This document shows, piece after piece, positions 10,686 through 22,184 of a DNA stretch of 64,000 nucleotides. Position 1 is the first letter of the stretch, and each line of letters opens with the position of its first letter. A program made the position numbers and the translations under genes. The stretch comes from an uncultured Chloroflexia bacterium. GTDB lineage: Bacteria; Chloroflexota; Dehalococcoidia; DSTF01; JALHUB01. The notes beneath the pieces were generated by a model. That model was given only the letters and a program-made list of their open reading frames with translations. It was not told the DNA's origin and made no database searches. Where the stretch lies: contig OY970386.1 in the NCBI GenBank assembly GCA_963719465.1, positions 789,789 through 853,788 of the forward strand, read 5' to 3'.

Positions 10686-10714
10686 GCACGTCACTGCTAT
10701 GTCAAGCGGAGAAT
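10686..10714 (-). promoter_or_regulatory. sigma70-type promoter (TTGACA, 17-nt spacer, TATATT) driving the T-box leader
   Basis: Minus strand reads TTGACAtagcagtgacgtgctgcTATATT, consensus -35 with a near-consensus -10. Confidence 0.7.
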
Positions 10715-10747
10715 CGATGTTTGCGGCTCTCAGGTACGGGGCGAAGC

Positions 10748-11285
10748 TTACTTGCCCTTGGGACGCCGCTTCTCGAAGTCGTCCAGGTCCAGGCTCTCGA
10801 TGAAGTCGCGGAAGGCCGACATCTTCTCCAGCTCTTCCGGCTGCACCTCGCGAAGCTTCTCGCCGACGGCTTTCTCGCCGTCCTTGTCCAGCAAAACGCC
10901 CGCCTTCTCCAGCACCGACTCATCGGCGAAGATGGGGACGTTCGCGCGCACGGCAAGAGCGATCGCGTCGCTGGGGCGCGAGTCGATCTCCATGGAGTGC
11001 CCGTTCACGTAAAGGACGATGCGCGCGTAGAAGGTGTCGTTCGCCAGGTCGTTTACGATTATGCAGTTTATCTCGGCGCCGAGGGCATCGATGACGGAGC
11101 GCAGCAGGTCGTGGGTGAGCGGCCGAGCCACGGAGAACGTCCTGCAGCCGCACGGCTATGGCATCCGCCTCCGCTGGCCCGATCCAGATGGGGAGGTAGC
11201 GTTCCGCGTTCTTCTCTTTTAGTATTACCACCCGCTGGTAGTTCATAAGACTAACGCGGATGCTCTCTATGCTCATCTCGATCAT
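10748..11285 (-). CDS. bifunctional nuclease family protein (DUF151), frameshifted
   Basis: The N-terminal part is in ORF 10920..11285 (...[22 protein letters not shown]) and the C-terminal part in ORF 10748..11131 ([19 protein letters not shown]...). A one-nucleotide shift falls near 11120. Confidence 0.7.
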
Positions 11286-11326
11286 CCCACCACCTCCGGC
11301 TCCCGGCTCGGACTCGCGTAACCAGT

Positions 11327-12724
11327 CTAGCCGACCCCCTCTTCGGTGTCAATTGAAGCTGACACCGCTCCACCCGCTTCCGTCGCCCCGCTCGCTCTCG
11401 CCAAGGCTGCCTTCCGCTCGCGCTCCATCTCCCGCAGGCTGACCACTGCGAGCGCTGCCACGACGAGGGCGATGGCGAACAGGACGAAACTCACACCGTA
11501 TACGTCGGCCACGGCACCTACGAGCAGCAGTGGGACTATCGCAGCAAGGCTGGCCAGGGCGAGCTGCGCCCCGAAAACACGTCCCCGCATCTCCGGCGGC
11601 GCTCGCTCGTGTAAGACGGTCTGCGCCGGCGCGTTCACCATCGCGTACATCAGACCCAGCGGCCCGGCGAAGACCATCGTCAGCGCTACCAGCAGGGAAA
11701 GCCCGCCCAGGCGCTCGGGCCCGAAGGGGTTGAGGTCCTCCGTCTTCTGCAGGACATCCGCCAGGTTCTGTACGAGCCCCATCCCCACCAGGCAGACGGC
11801 CAGTCCGATCAGCCCGAAGGCGACGATCCGGTCCTTCCCGATCTTCTGCGCCAGGCGCGGCAGCATCCGCAGCCCCAGGATGGCACCGACGCCGGTAGGC
11901 GCGAAAACGTAGACGGCATCATCCGGGCGCACGGCAAGCACCTCCTGCATGAAGCGCGGCACCAGCACGGCGAAGAGGAGGACAAGCGAGCTGCTCATCG
12001 TTAGCTGCGCCATCGCCAGGCACGACGCCGGGTCCGAGCGGAGCAGGCGCAGCGCTTTCGCAAGCTCACGCGGCGCCGCCTGCGCCGGCCTGGGCTCGAC
12101 CGACTCCCCCGCCTTGTGCACCCCGACGTCCTTCGGCAGCCGCCGCGCCAGTAGCGACGCGGCGACGAACGACACAGCAGCCGCGAAGAACAGCACGTTC
12201 ACGCCGAACGTCTTGATGATGATCGGCGCGATAAAGACCATTCCGACGAACTGGGCGCCCGTCCAGGCCAGGCTGACCAGGCTGTTGGCGGCCATGAGCT
12301 GGTTCTTCGGCACCAGCGACGGCACTGTGGCCACCTCCGCCGTCGCGAAGAACTGGCCGACGGCGGAAAAAGCGATGTTGACGGCGAATATCGCCTCAAC
12401 GTAGTCCTTGCTCAGCAGGAAAGCCAGCGCAGCCAGCGAGCGGAACGCATTGGTGGCGATGAGGATATCGCGCTTTCGCCAGCGGTCGACCAGCACGCCG
12501 CCGACCATGCCGAACAGCAGCGACGGCACGACGTACGAGAGCACGAGAATGCTGGTGTCGGTCGTGGAGTTCGTCTTCGTGAGAACGACGATGAGGAGCG
12601 TGAAAAGGATGGCGTTCTGCGCCGTCTGCGACAAAAGCTGCGCCAGCCAGAGGCTGCGGAAGCGCCGGTTCGAGAGGACAGCCCGCTCCCGCTGCTGAAG
12701 CGACGCAGATTCGCTCTCACGCAT
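11327..12724 (-). CDS. MFS transporter (enterobactin-exporter EntS-like family)
   Basis: About 12 TM helices, with [16 protein letters not shown] and the conserved ...[12 protein letters not shown] loop. Confidence 0.8.
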   Translation of the reverse strand: MRESESASLQQRERAVLSNRRFRSLWLAQLLSQTAQNAILFTLLIVVLTKTNSTTDTSILVLSYVVPSLLFGMVGGVLVDRWRKRDILIATNAFRSLAALAFLLSKDYVEAIFAVNIAFSAVGQFFATAEVATVPSLVPKNQLMAANSLVSLAWTGAQFVGMVFIAPIIIKTFGVNVLFFAAAVSFVAASLLARRLPKDVGVHKAGESVEPRPAQAAPRELAKALRLLRSDPASCLAMAQLTMSSSLVLLFAVLVPRFMQEVLAVRPDDAVYVFAPTGVGAILGLRMLPRLAQKIGKDRIVAFGLIGLAVCLVGMGLVQNLADVLQKTEDLNPFGPERLGGLSLLVALTMVFAGPLGLMYAMVNAPAQTVLHERAPPEMRGRVFGAQLALASLAAIVPLLLVGAVADVYGVSFVLFAIALVVAALAVVSLREMERERKAALARASGATEAGGAVSASIDTEEGVG

Positions 12725-14064
12725 TCGTGGCCTCCGGCGCGGCCGGAACGGAGCGGGCGCGCATCACTGCCCAGCCCACCAGCAGCGTTATGGTGACCGC
12801 CGTCCCTATCAGGACCGGCCGCACGCCCACCACCTCGGCGAACGCGCCTGCCACCAGTAGCGGCGCCACCGAGGCGACATTGATCAGCACGTTTTGCGCC
12901 GCAAACACGCGCCCCTGCATCTCCAAGGGTATACGTTCATTGATGATCGCGCGACTGGCGACGTTGAGCAGCGAGCTGCCGAATCCAGCCAGGATCGCCG
13001 CCACCATCGTTACGGCTATCCGAGCGCCCGTATTGTTCAGCGGCCCCGGGTGAGCAATCCCCAACGGATTCCAGCTCCGCAGGGTGTCCGCTTCATTGAC
13101 GACCAGGCCGAATACCAGCAGCGACACGACGAAAAACGCGAACCCCAGCGCCAGCGCCCAGCCCTTGCCTATAACGCGCGAAAGGGCGTTCACCAGTCGC
13201 AGCCCGAGGAAGATGCCGATGGCCCCGGGCGCGAAGATAAAGACGATGTTGTCGGGCGCGACGCCCAGCTCCTGCTTCGCATAGCGGGGAAGCACCGTAA
13301 TGCCGATGAGCAACGTCGTGGCGCCAACGACGCTGACGATCAGCGCCAGGTACGACTGCGGATCGCGTCGCAGCGTTTGCCAGGCCTGCGCAAATTGCAG
13401 TCGCACGCCCGACCGGACCGCCCGCTGCAACTGCTTTCCGGTCGCCCGCTCCGTCAGGCCGCGAATCGACGCCGCAAGGAACGCCGCCGCTCCGAACAGG
13501 CCGGCGAGCACCGCGAACAGCGGATAGCTGCCGACGGTCTTCAGCATCAGCGCCGCCAGGCCGACGATTCCCAGCGCCTCCGCCAGCAGCCCGCCCAGAT
13601 TGATGAGCGAATTAGCTGTCGTCAGCTGGTTCGGCTCCACAACGTGCGGCAGCGCGGCGCTGATAGCCCGGCGTGTTGAACTGCGACAGCGCCGAAAACG
13701 CCACCGCGAACAGATAGAGCGATCCAACGCTGTGCCCGGAGAGCACCAGGCCCAGGCAGAGGAGCATTCGCGCCGCGTTCGTCGCCGCCAGCACGAAGCC
13801 CCGCGACAGCCGGTCGACGATGACGCCCGATATGGGCCCGAGCGCGGCGGCAGGCAGCGTGTAGGCGATAATGAACAGCCCGGCGCGGATGCTCGACCCG
13901 CTGTTCCCGACAACCAGGATGAGCAGCGCGTAGTTGATCGCGTACTGGCCCATCTGGCCGAGAACGTGCTGCTCCAGCAGTCCCCGAAAGCGGTGCTCGT
14001 CGAGAAGCGTCCTGCCGCCGAGGAGCGTCCACCAGTCGAAACGCCGGGGCTGGGCCTCCGTCAT
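12717..14064 (-). CDS. second MFS transporter, paralog of the upstream one, frameshifted
   Basis: The N-terminal half is in ORF 13612..14643 from MTEAQPRRFDWW... and the C-terminal half in ORF 12717..13913 (...AALPHVVEPNQLTTANSLINLGG...). One extra G in ccggg near 13660 joins them. Confidence 0.7.
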
Positions 14065-14081
14065 GTGGGACGGGAGAAGCG

Positions 14082-14297
14082 CTAAGTCTCCTCCTCCTCC
14101 TCCCTGAACAGCAGTCGTTCCATGGCCGGGTCCAGCGGCTCGCCGCGCGACACGAACGACTTCAGCCGCTTCTCGAGCTCTCGCCGTTCGAGAAGCACGC
14201 GGCGATTGCACTTCAAGCAGCGCAGCCCGATGTCGGCGCCCAATCGCACGACACGCCAGTCGTAGCCGCCGCAGGGATGCACCTTGCGCAGCCGCAC
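14082..14297 (-). CDS. DUF951 family small zinc-ribbon-like protein
   Basis: A 71-aa protein (HPCGGYDWRVVRLGADIGLRCLKCNRRVLL) with the DUF951 signature. Confidence 0.65.
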   Translation of the reverse strand: MRLRKVHPCGGYDWRVVRLGADIGLRCLKCNRRVLLERRELEKRLKSFVSRGEPLDPAMERLLFREEEEET

Positions 14298-14329
14298 GAA
14301 CGTCGTTCATGCGCAGCTCTAGCGGCATC

Positions 14330-15161
14330 TCAGCCCTTCCTTCGCTCCAGGACGCGCTCCCGCTCGCCCGCGATCTCGTCTCGGAGCCGGCGCGCCGCTT
14401 CTCCAGCCGCCCTTGCGAAGTCGGAGCCGCGCGAGGCGTACAGAATCTGGCGAGAGGCGTTGATGACAAGGCCGCCGCCGTTCGCGTCCAGACCGTTTTC
14501 GAGCACCGCCAGCAACGTCGCCGCCCTGCGCCCCGACGCCCGGGACAAGAAGCGTCATCTCCGTGCATATCGAGCGTATGCGCCGAAGCTCGTCGGGGAA
14601 AGTAGCGCCGGCGACCAGGCCGACGTTGCCGCGGCTGTTCCACGTCCTCGCCTTCTCCGCGACGACCTCGAACAGCGGCCTCGAAGCCGCGCCGCTTGCA
14701 ATGGGCAGATCCTGCAGGTCCCGCGCGCCAGGATTCAACGTCCGGCAGAGGATGAAGACACCTTTGTCGTCCCGCGCCAGGAACGGCTCCAGGCTGTCAC
14801 CGCCCAGATAGGGGTTCACCGTGACGGCGTCGAAGCCGAGGTCGTCGAAGAGAGAGCGCGCGTACGCCTTCACCGTGTTACCGATGTCGCCGCGCTTGCC
14901 GTCGCCGATAACGGGAATTTCGCTCGGGACCGCTGCCAGCGTTTCGCGCAGGACGCGGTAACCTGCCTCACCCAGCGCCTCGTAGAAAGCCAGGTTCGGC
15001 TTGTAGGCGCAAACGAAGCCGGCCGTCGCCTCGATGACGGCGCGATTGAAGGCCGCAACGTCGGCGACGGGCAGGAGCGCGGGATCGGGGTCGAGCCCGA
15101 CGCAAAGAAGGCTGCCGCTCTTGCTGGCAGCCTGCTCGAGCTTCTCGAAAAAGCGCAACAT
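14330..15161 (-). CDS. pyrF: orotidine 5'-phosphate decarboxylase, frameshifted near 14540
   Basis: ORF 14319..15161 has the PyrF motifs (LLCVGLDP, KPNLAFYE, IGDGKRGDIGNT, LLVPGVGAQGGD). The C-terminus continues in ORF 14330..14548 (...ATLLAVLENGLDANGGGLVINASRQILYAS...). Confidence 0.8.
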
Positions 15162-15402
15162 CCACCTCGGCGAGAGACTCCACGAGGGTCAAGTCGATGG
15201 TATCGCCGCGAATGGGCCAAGTCAAGGAAGATGGCCCGGGATCGACGACGCGGCGTCGACGTGGCTTAGGGGCGCCGATGGTCGGGCGGCAGGCATTCCT
15301 GCTGCGCGGGGCCGCTCGGGGTTGCCGAGCGGCCCTCGTCGCCAAAGAACGTCGCATCTCCGCCGCTTGACAGCGTCTCGCCGCTGCCGTAAACGTGAAG
15401 GC

Positions 15403-16173
15403 GTGAGACTGGATGTCGCCCTCCTGCCGCGAGCGCTGCGCAAGCCCGATTCGACTGCCTGCCTGCTCATCGATGCCCTGCGGGCCAGCTCGTCGATTGT
15501 TACGCTCTTCGCCCAGGGGGCTGAGGAGGTCGTCGTTGCCGGCAGCATCGCGGCGGCAAGGCGCCTGGCCGCGAGCGAGCCACGCCGCTACCTCCTCTGC
15601 GGCGAGCGCTTCGGCCTGGCGCCGTCCGGCTTCGACTACGGCAACTCGCCCTCCGAGTTCGCCTCGCTCGACATGCGGGGCCGGCGAGTCATCCTCGCGA
15701 CCACCAACGGCACGAAAGCGCTCCTGACGCTAGCTATGTCCCCCGCCGTCATCGTCGGAGCGCTGCTGAACGCCACCGCCGCCGTTCGGGCGCTACTCGC
15801 GGATGCTCGCTCCCGCAACCTCGACGCCGCGCTCGTCTGCGCCGGCCTGGAAAGCGGCGCCGCCTTCAGCCTGGAAGACGCCTTCGTCGCCGGCGCGCTC
15901 GTCGAGATCGCCATCGAAGAGGCGCGAGGCCACGGCTCCGACCTGTCGCTAAGCGACCCCGCGTTGGCCGCCCGCCGCCTCTACCAGTCCTACTCCGGCG
16001 ACGCCCCCGCCTGCTTCCGCGAGGCGCAGCACGGCCGCTCCCTTGCCGGCATCGGCCTGGAGCGCGACCTCGAGTTCTGCGCCCAGACGGACCGCTTCCA
16101 CGTCGTCCCGCGACTCCGTCGCGACGCGTCGGGCCGGCTGTCACTCGTGGTTCCGACGAAAGGAGAGGCATGA
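15403..16173 (+). CDS. comB: 2-phosphosulfolactate phosphatase
   Basis: VRLDVALLPRAL...CLLIDALRASSSIV...ILATTNGTKALL matches the ComB family. The GTG start at 15403 is placed after the pyrF overlap; the earlier part of ORF 15034..16173 is out-of-frame shadow. Confidence 0.75.
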   Translation: MRLDVALLPRALRKPDSTACLLIDALRASSSIVTLFAQGAEEVVVAGSIAAARRLAASEPRRYLLCGERFGLAPSGFDYGNSPSEFASLDMRGRRVILATTNGTKALLTLAMSPAVIVGALLNATAAVRALLADARSRNLDAALVCAGLESGAAFSLEDAFVAGALVEIAIEEARGHGSDLSLSDPALAARRLYQSYSGDAPACFREAQHGRSLAGIGLERDLEFCAQTDRFHVVPRLRRDASGRLSLVVPTKGEA

Positions 16174-17408
16174 AGGCGGAGATTATCGCCGTCGGCACCG
16201 AGATCCTGCTCGGCGAGATCGTCGACACCGACTCCCAGTTCATTGCCTCTCGTCTGCCCTCCCTTGGCATCGACCTCCTCTGGGTGACGCAGGTCGGCGA
16301 CAACCTGGGCCGCGCCCGCGAGGCGCTTGACCGCGCCTGGCAGCGCAGCGACCTCATCATCACCTGCGGTGGCCTCGGCCCCACCGAGGACGACCTCACG
16401 CGCGAGGCCATCGCCGCCATGCTGGGCGAGGAGATGCGCGTCGATCCGTCGCTGGAAGAAGAGCTGCGCGCCTTCTTCGCCCGCCGCGGCCGCCCGATGC
16501 CGGAGCGCAACGTCAAGCAGGCCACCCTCATCCCGTCGGCAAGGGCCATTCGTAACGCCTACGGCACCGCCCCTGGTTGGTGGGTGGAGCGCGAAAGCCG
16601 CGTCATCATCGCCCTGCCCGGCCCGCCCGGCGAGCTGCGACGCATGTGGGAGGCAGAGGTCGAGCCGGAGCTGCGGCGCCGGTCCGTCGGCGTCGTGCTC
16701 GTCTCGCGGACGCTGAAGACGTCGGACCTGACAGAAGGCCTCGTCGACGAGCTGCTGGGTGACCTGAAGCACTCCGCCAACCCCAGCGTGAGCGTCTACT
16801 CCCGCGCCGACGGCATCCAGGTGAGAATCGCCGCCAAGGCCTCCGGCTCGCACGCCGCCGAATCGCTCATCGCGCCGGTCGAGGCGGAAGCGCGCCGGCG
16901 CCTGGGCCCTGAAGCCGTCTGGGGCGCCGACGACGACACGCTCGAAGCCGTCGTTGGCCGGCTGCTGCGAGAGCGCCGCCTGACGCTGGCAACCATGGAG
17001 TCGTGCACCGGCGGCCTGCTGGCAAGCACGATTACCAACGTCCCCGGCAGCTCCGACTACTTCAAGGGGGGCCTCGTGACCTACGCGACGGAGACGAAGC
17101 TGGCCTGGGGCGTCAGCCGCAACGTCGTAGAGAAACATGGCGTGATCAGCGCCGAATGCGCCCGCGAAATGGCGCGGGTCGCGCGCGAGCGCCTTTTGGC
17201 TGACATCGGCGTCGGCGTCACAGGCGTCGCCGGCCCCGACGAGCAGGAGGGCAAGCCGGTCGGAACCGTCCATATCGCACTCGACGACGGCTCCGCCAAG
17301 CCGCCGGTCGTCAGCTATCAGTTCGCTCAGAGCCGCGCCATGATTAAGCGTCGCGCCGTCACGACCGCCCTATCCCTCGTCCGCCGGGCGCTGCTTCGCA
17401 TCGAATAA
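16170..17408 (+). CDS. cinA: CinA family protein (MoCF-type domain plus nicotinamide-nucleotide amidohydrolase PncC domain)
   Basis: MKAEIIAVGTEILLGEIVDTDSQFIA...ITCGGLGPTEDDLTREA...ATMESCTGGLLAS... Confidence 0.85.
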   Translation: MKAEIIAVGTEILLGEIVDTDSQFIASRLPSLGIDLLWVTQVGDNLGRAREALDRAWQRSDLIITCGGLGPTEDDLTREAIAAMLGEEMRVDPSLEEELRAFFARRGRPMPERNVKQATLIPSARAIRNAYGTAPGWWVERESRVIIALPGPPGELRRMWEAEVEPELRRRSVGVVLVSRTLKTSDLTEGLVDELLGDLKHSANPSVSVYSRADGIQVRIAAKASGSHAAESLIAPVEAEARRRLGPEAVWGADDDTLEAVVGRLLRERRLTLATMESCTGGLLASTITNVPGSSDYFKGGLVTYATETKLAWGVSRNVVEKHGVISAECAREMARVARERLLADIGVGVTGVAGPDEQEGKPVGTVHIALDDGSAKPPVVSYQFAQSRAMIKRRAVTTALSLVRRALLRIE

Positions 17409-17478
17409 GCGCATCGACTTGACAGAACGCTTATAATCAAAACGCAAGTGTTCCCCCGCTTCTGAAAGCGACGCAGGA

Positions 17479-18867
17479 ATGAAGAGAGCGGCTTTCGCGT
17501 TCGCGCTGAGTCTGGCGACGGCATCATTCGCTCTGGCCGGTCCGCGTTACCCCGTCGCGGCCGCCGGTCCGTCCAGTTGCGGCGGCGACCAGCCCGGCAT
17601 GGCGAATCCCGCCGCCGTCTATTGCCGCGATCTAGGGTACAACTACGAAGTCGTGAACGGCGCCAGGGGAGAGCAAGGCGTCTGCGCCCTGCCGGATGGA
17701 AGCAGGTGCGACGAATGGGAGTTCCTCGAGGGCACGTGCGGCCAGGCCTACTCGTATTGCGCGAAGCAGGGCATGAACATGACAACCAGGACCGACGGCA
17801 ATGACCCGTTCACCCGGGAATACGGCGTTTGCGTCCGCGGCAAGCAGCAAGTCGGACCCGTAACCGGGCTGATGGGCTTGAGCCAGAAGGCCGCAGTGGG
17901 AACTCCACGACCGGCGCCAAGCGGCGCTGGCGCGGCTCCCCTTACCTCGACCGCTCCCCAGGCGGCTTCATCTGGTTCATTCGATTGGAGGAACGAGAAC
18001 GGGGAGGACTGGATGACCTCCGTCAAGAACCAGGGGATCTGCGGCGCCTGCTGGGCGTTCTCGGCCGTCGGCGTGGCGGAGGCGACAACGAAAATACGGC
18101 GGAGCGACCCGAACCTCTATATCGATCTGTCGGAAGAGTACCTGGTATCCGGCTGCTACGGGGGCCAGACCGGCTGTTGCGGCGGAGACCCCGCGGTGGC
18201 CCTGGATTCAATCGCCGCGTCAGGTATTCCGGACGAAGCCTGCCTTCCGTACGTCGACGGGGACGCCGACGGCTGCGCCTGCAACGGAGACGGCTCCTGC
18301 AACGCTTCCATGTGCACCTACGCCGTCGACGCCTGCAGCGACAAGACCTGCTCTGACAGATGCTCCAATTGGCAGTCGCGCATGGTGGGGACCGGCCCCG
18401 AAACGCTCGTCCCACCGGACGCGGACAGCATCAAGAATGTTCTCATCACCAACGGGCCGCTCTCAGCCGTTATGGGCATCGGTGGCGAAGTCGGCGGCCA
18501 CTTCGACGGCGATATCTACAGGTGCAGCGACGACTCGGATTCGAACCACGCGGTGGTTATCGTCGGCTTCGACGATGCCGGCGGCTACTGGATCGTGAAG
18601 AACAGCTGGGGCGCCACCTGGGGCCCCGAACTCGACGGCTACTTTAAGGTCGGCTACGGCGAGTGCGCCATCGAGAGCTACGTGCACGCCGTTTTGCCCG
18701 TTCCGGGGGTCGGCGGCCTCGCCGAAGCGCCGGACGTGATGGCCGCGACGCCGCAAACCGCCGGCCCGCCATGGACAGAAATCGCCGCTGTTCTCGCCGC
18801 AGGAGTCGTCGTCGTCGCGGCTGGCGGGTGGTACGCGCGGCGCCGCTACTCCGTCAGACGGCGGTAA
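17479..18867 (+). CDS. secreted papain-family (C1) cysteine protease with N-terminal DUF333 domain and C-terminal TM/GGWYARRR anchor
   Basis: Signal peptide; DUF333-like MANPAAVYCRDLGYNYEV...CALPDGSRCDEWEFLEGTCG; C1 catalytic motif QGICGACWAFSAV and a Cys-rich insert; C-terminal VGGLAEAPDV...hydrophobic helix...GGWYARRRYSVRRR. Confidence 0.8.
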   Translation: MKRAAFAFALSLATASFALAGPRYPVAAAGPSSCGGDQPGMANPAAVYCRDLGYNYEVVNGARGEQGVCALPDGSRCDEWEFLEGTCGQAYSYCAKQGMNMTTRTDGNDPFTREYGVCVRGKQQVGPVTGLMGLSQKAAVGTPRPAPSGAGAAPLTSTAPQAASSGSFDWRNENGEDWMTSVKNQGICGACWAFSAVGVAEATTKIRRSDPNLYIDLSEEYLVSGCYGGQTGCCGGDPAVALDSIAASGIPDEACLPYVDGDADGCACNGDGSCNASMCTYAVDACSDKTCSDRCSNWQSRMVGTGPETLVPPDADSIKNVLITNGPLSAVMGIGGEVGGHFDGDIYRCSDDSDSNHAVVIVGFDDAGGYWIVKNSWGATWGPELDGYFKVGYGECAIESYVHAVLPVPGVGGLAEAPDVMAATPQTAGPPWTEIAAVLAAGVVVVAAGGWYARRRYSVRRR

Positions 18868-21800
18868 AGCGTCGGCAGGCGGCCCGGCAGCGACTCGATG
18901 TCGCCCAGTATCTCGTAGCCGATGTCTTCGCACATCTGCCCCAGGTACTCGTGGCCCTCACGGTCGACCGTCAGGCAGAACGGCACGATCCCCTTCCGCT
19001 TCGCCTCCATCAGCGCCTCGTGCGTGTCGTGGATCGCATACTCGCGCTCCGTGCGGTCGCGACCATACCCGTGGTCCTGCGGCCGCCCGTCGGAAACGAG
19101 AAACAGGATGCGCACCTTGGCGTCGTGCTGCTCCAGCTTCGCCGTCGCGTGGCGGATCGCCGGCCCCATCCGCGTCGAGCGGATCGGCTCCGTCTTGTCA
19201 ATGCGCGCCTTCACCTCATCCGATAGCGGCTCGTCCAGGTCCTTCAGCACGTAGAACTCCACGTTGTCTCGACCGTAGCCGGAGAAGCCGTAGATGCCGT
19301 AGTCGTCGCCAATCGCCTCCAGCGCGCCGATGAGCAGCACCATGCTCTCCTTCTCCAGGTCGATGATGCGCTTCGGCGGACGCAGCGCCGCCTCCGCCTT
19401 CCGCTGGCTGAGCCACTCGTAGTAGCGGCGCGCGTCGTGGCCAAAGTCGGGACGTGTGTCGTCTTCGGCGTACTTCTGCTTGCGCTTTTCGATCTCCTCG
19501 TCCGTCGAGGCGCTCATGTCGAGCAGGAAAGCCACCGCCACCTGCCGCTCGACCTTGTTGCGCCGCCAGTAGACCTTGTCCGTGAAGTTGTAGCCGGCGC
19601 GCCTCTCCGTCAGGTACTCGATGACCAGGTCCAGGTCGAAGTCCTCGCCGTCGTGCAGGCGCTTGATCTTGCGAAATAGCTCCGGCCGGAGCTGCTCGAA
19701 CTGCTTGCGCGTCTGCGAAGCCAGCGTGCTGTAGCGACGCAGCGTCTCCTCGAAGAACTCGCGGTCGCCCTGCTCCAGCGGCCGCTGCACGACGCGACAC
19801 CAGCGCGGCTTGTAGTCGGCGGCGCGGAAGTCCCACTCGTCGTACCAGAACGACTGCGGCTCCGCGACGCTCTCCTTCTGCTCCTCCTCCACCTCCTGCA
19901 GGCGCTGCCCGTCCTGCAGCTCAATCGCCTGGTCCGGGATCGGCACGCCCGCTTCCTTCTCCAGGTTCGTCAGGAAGATTCCCATGGCGGAGGAAAGGTC
20001 GCCTTCGGCCATCCCGCCCACCACGATCTCGACGCTCTTCTCCATGAGCTCGCGCAGCTGTTCGGCCGTTAGCGGCGCCAGCCCCTCCGGCGCCTCGAGC
20101 CCCTCCTGGAGACGCAATCGCATGAGAAGCTGGACGAGCTCCGGCTTGAAATCGCCGCGAAAATCGACCGGCTGCGGGCTCTCGTAGGCCTGCTCCGACC
20201 CGCGCGGCAGCTCGCCGCCCTGCTGCGTTGCGGCACCGGTCTGCGGCTTCAGGTTCATCATGGCGAACAGCTCTTCGTCCAGCGGCTGCCAGTCCAGGAC
20301 GTCCAGGTCTTCCGGCGACACGTTGGGCAGCAACGTCGCCAGGTCGTAGAGGCGCAGCGCCGCTTCGGCAGCGTCCTCCACCGTCGCCTGCGACCGCTGG
20401 ACGGCGCGCAACAGTCGTAGCGCGGCCACCAGCGTGCCTCGCAGCTCCTGCGGCCACACGACGGCGTGCAGACCGTCCAGGCTGGCGCGGATGAGGTTCT
20501 CCAGGAAGGCCTCCCTTAGCGGCAGCCCGGGCAGACGCGGACGCCGCTCCAGCTCGCGGCCCTGGATCAGCCGCCAGGAGCGCCGGATTCCGCCGTACTC
20601 CCGCTTGACCAAAAAATCGACGCGGGCATCCTCGACGACCGTAAACAGGTCGGAGATAAGCTGGCGGTCGGCAAAAAGGTCGAAGAAGCGCTCCATGTCC
20701 GTCAGCGGCCCCTCGGCCTTGGCGGCCTGCCTCTTCAGCCGACGGCGTCGCGAGGCGAAGACGCGGCCGCGGCGCCCGAAGGCGAAGAGAAAGCTCCCGA
20801 ACTCCAGGTGGCCGGACTGATGCGTCGCGTAGACCTTGTAGACGGCAAAGTTGCGCGCCTTGTCGTCGAACTCCTCGGCAACGTCCGGCAGGTACACCGC
20901 CGTGCCCTCCGTCGAAGGCCGTCCGGCCGCCACCCAGCCGATGCCCTTCTCCGTCAGCGTGCTCGACGGATGGATTGAAACGTTTGCCCCTGTCAGCGCC
21001 TTGCAATAGAGGCGCAGGACCTCCGACACGCGCGAAAGCTCCACCCGCGGCGAAAGCTCCTCCAGCACCTGCTCGCCCTTGCCCGACTGCAGCCGGAAGA
21101 ACGCCTCCCCGCCCTCTGAGCTTTCCTTGAGGATGCGCCGGCCCGCTGCGTGCCAGCGCGACAGGTCGCGCAGCGACATTCGGGATAGCACTTCCGGCGC
21201 GCTCTTCAGGAACTCCATCGCCGCGGCGGGGGAGCCTATCGCGAGCTCCTCGGCGAGCGAAATCGAGATCCCCGTGACTGGCCGCCTCGACCTGCGCCAG
21301 AGCGCCCGCCGCCTCCGCGAAGAGCGAATAGGCTCGCGAACCGACGCGTCGAGAAATGCCGCTGGCGAGACGCAAGAAGCGCCCCCGCTCGGAAGGCTCC
21401 AGGCCGGCCAGTAAATCGGGGGCTTGCTCGAAGTAGAACCGCACCTCCGCCCAGCTCGCCGCCGCGATTCCCTCCGCCAGGTCGAGGAACGGGCCACGGT
21501 CATCCGGCTCCAGGCGGCCGAAGACGGCGGCGCCGGTCTCCAGGCAGTTGCTGGCAAGCTCGTAGGAGCGTTCCGCCAGCCGTTCCGCCAGGACCTCGAG
21601 CCGGCAGAGCTCCGCCGCGCCCAGGAGCGGCAGCAGCGTCGGGCTGACGACGAAGAACAGCGAGGCGAGGGAGATCGACTTCCAGTTGCCCTGGTAAAGC
21701 CGCTGGCCGGCGGCCGCCCACCGCTTCAACTCATCCGGCGACAGCAGGCCAACGCACTCGGGGCTGACGCGAAAGTAGGCCGCCGCGACTATCGACGACT

Positions 21801-22083
21801 GATCGGCGATGTCGCGCCCGAAGTGGCACCAGCGCAGCACATCGTCCAGAGGAAGGAGCTCGACTACCTGCGGGCTGGCGCGAAAGTACTCCGACGCCGC
21901 CTCCCACGACCGCAGCGACTGCCCGGCAAGCGCCACGCCCTCTTCCGCCCAGCTTCGCAGGCCGCTCGGTCCAAAGCGCGCGAGAACGGCCGGCGCGGCC
22001 CGGCGCAGCTCCGTCGAAACGCCCGGCGCCACGATGGCAAGGCGTCGGTCGTATTCTGAGAGATCTGAACTCTGCTTTGGCAC
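18846..22083 (-). CDS. NorD/CbbO-like von Willebrand factor A protein (about 1080 aa), frameshifted near 21275
   Basis: The N-terminal repeat region is in ORF 19921..22083 up to ...AGALAQVEAAS. The rest is in ORF 18846..21557 from ...ISISLAEELAIGSPAAAMEF..., with a C-terminal VWA/MIDAS (VAFLLDMSASTDEE...LVSDGRPQD). It is co-directional with the upstream CbbQ/NorQ ATPase. Confidence 0.75.
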
Positions 22084-22184
22084 GAATCCATTCTAAGCCA
22101 AAGCGATGATTGACGCCTTTCGACAGCGGCTGCCAACAGGATTTAGCAAGCGTCAGATGGGGAGCCGCCTCACTTCAACCGAGG

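Noticed and set aside
13612-14643. 343-aa ORF taken at face value as one protein
   Set aside because: Its first roughly 190 residues are out-of-frame read-through across pyrF and DUF951 coding sequence on the same strand. Only the part from MTEAQPRRFDWW... is the N-terminus of the frameshifted MFS transporter.
19921-22083. Treating the overlapping 720-aa and 903-aa minus-strand ORFs as two separate genes
   Set aside because: The 3' two-thirds of the 720-aa ORF and the 5' 90 residues of the 903-aa ORF are low-complexity junk. The meaningful parts abut at about 21275 and are best explained as one NorD-like gene with a single-base frameshift.
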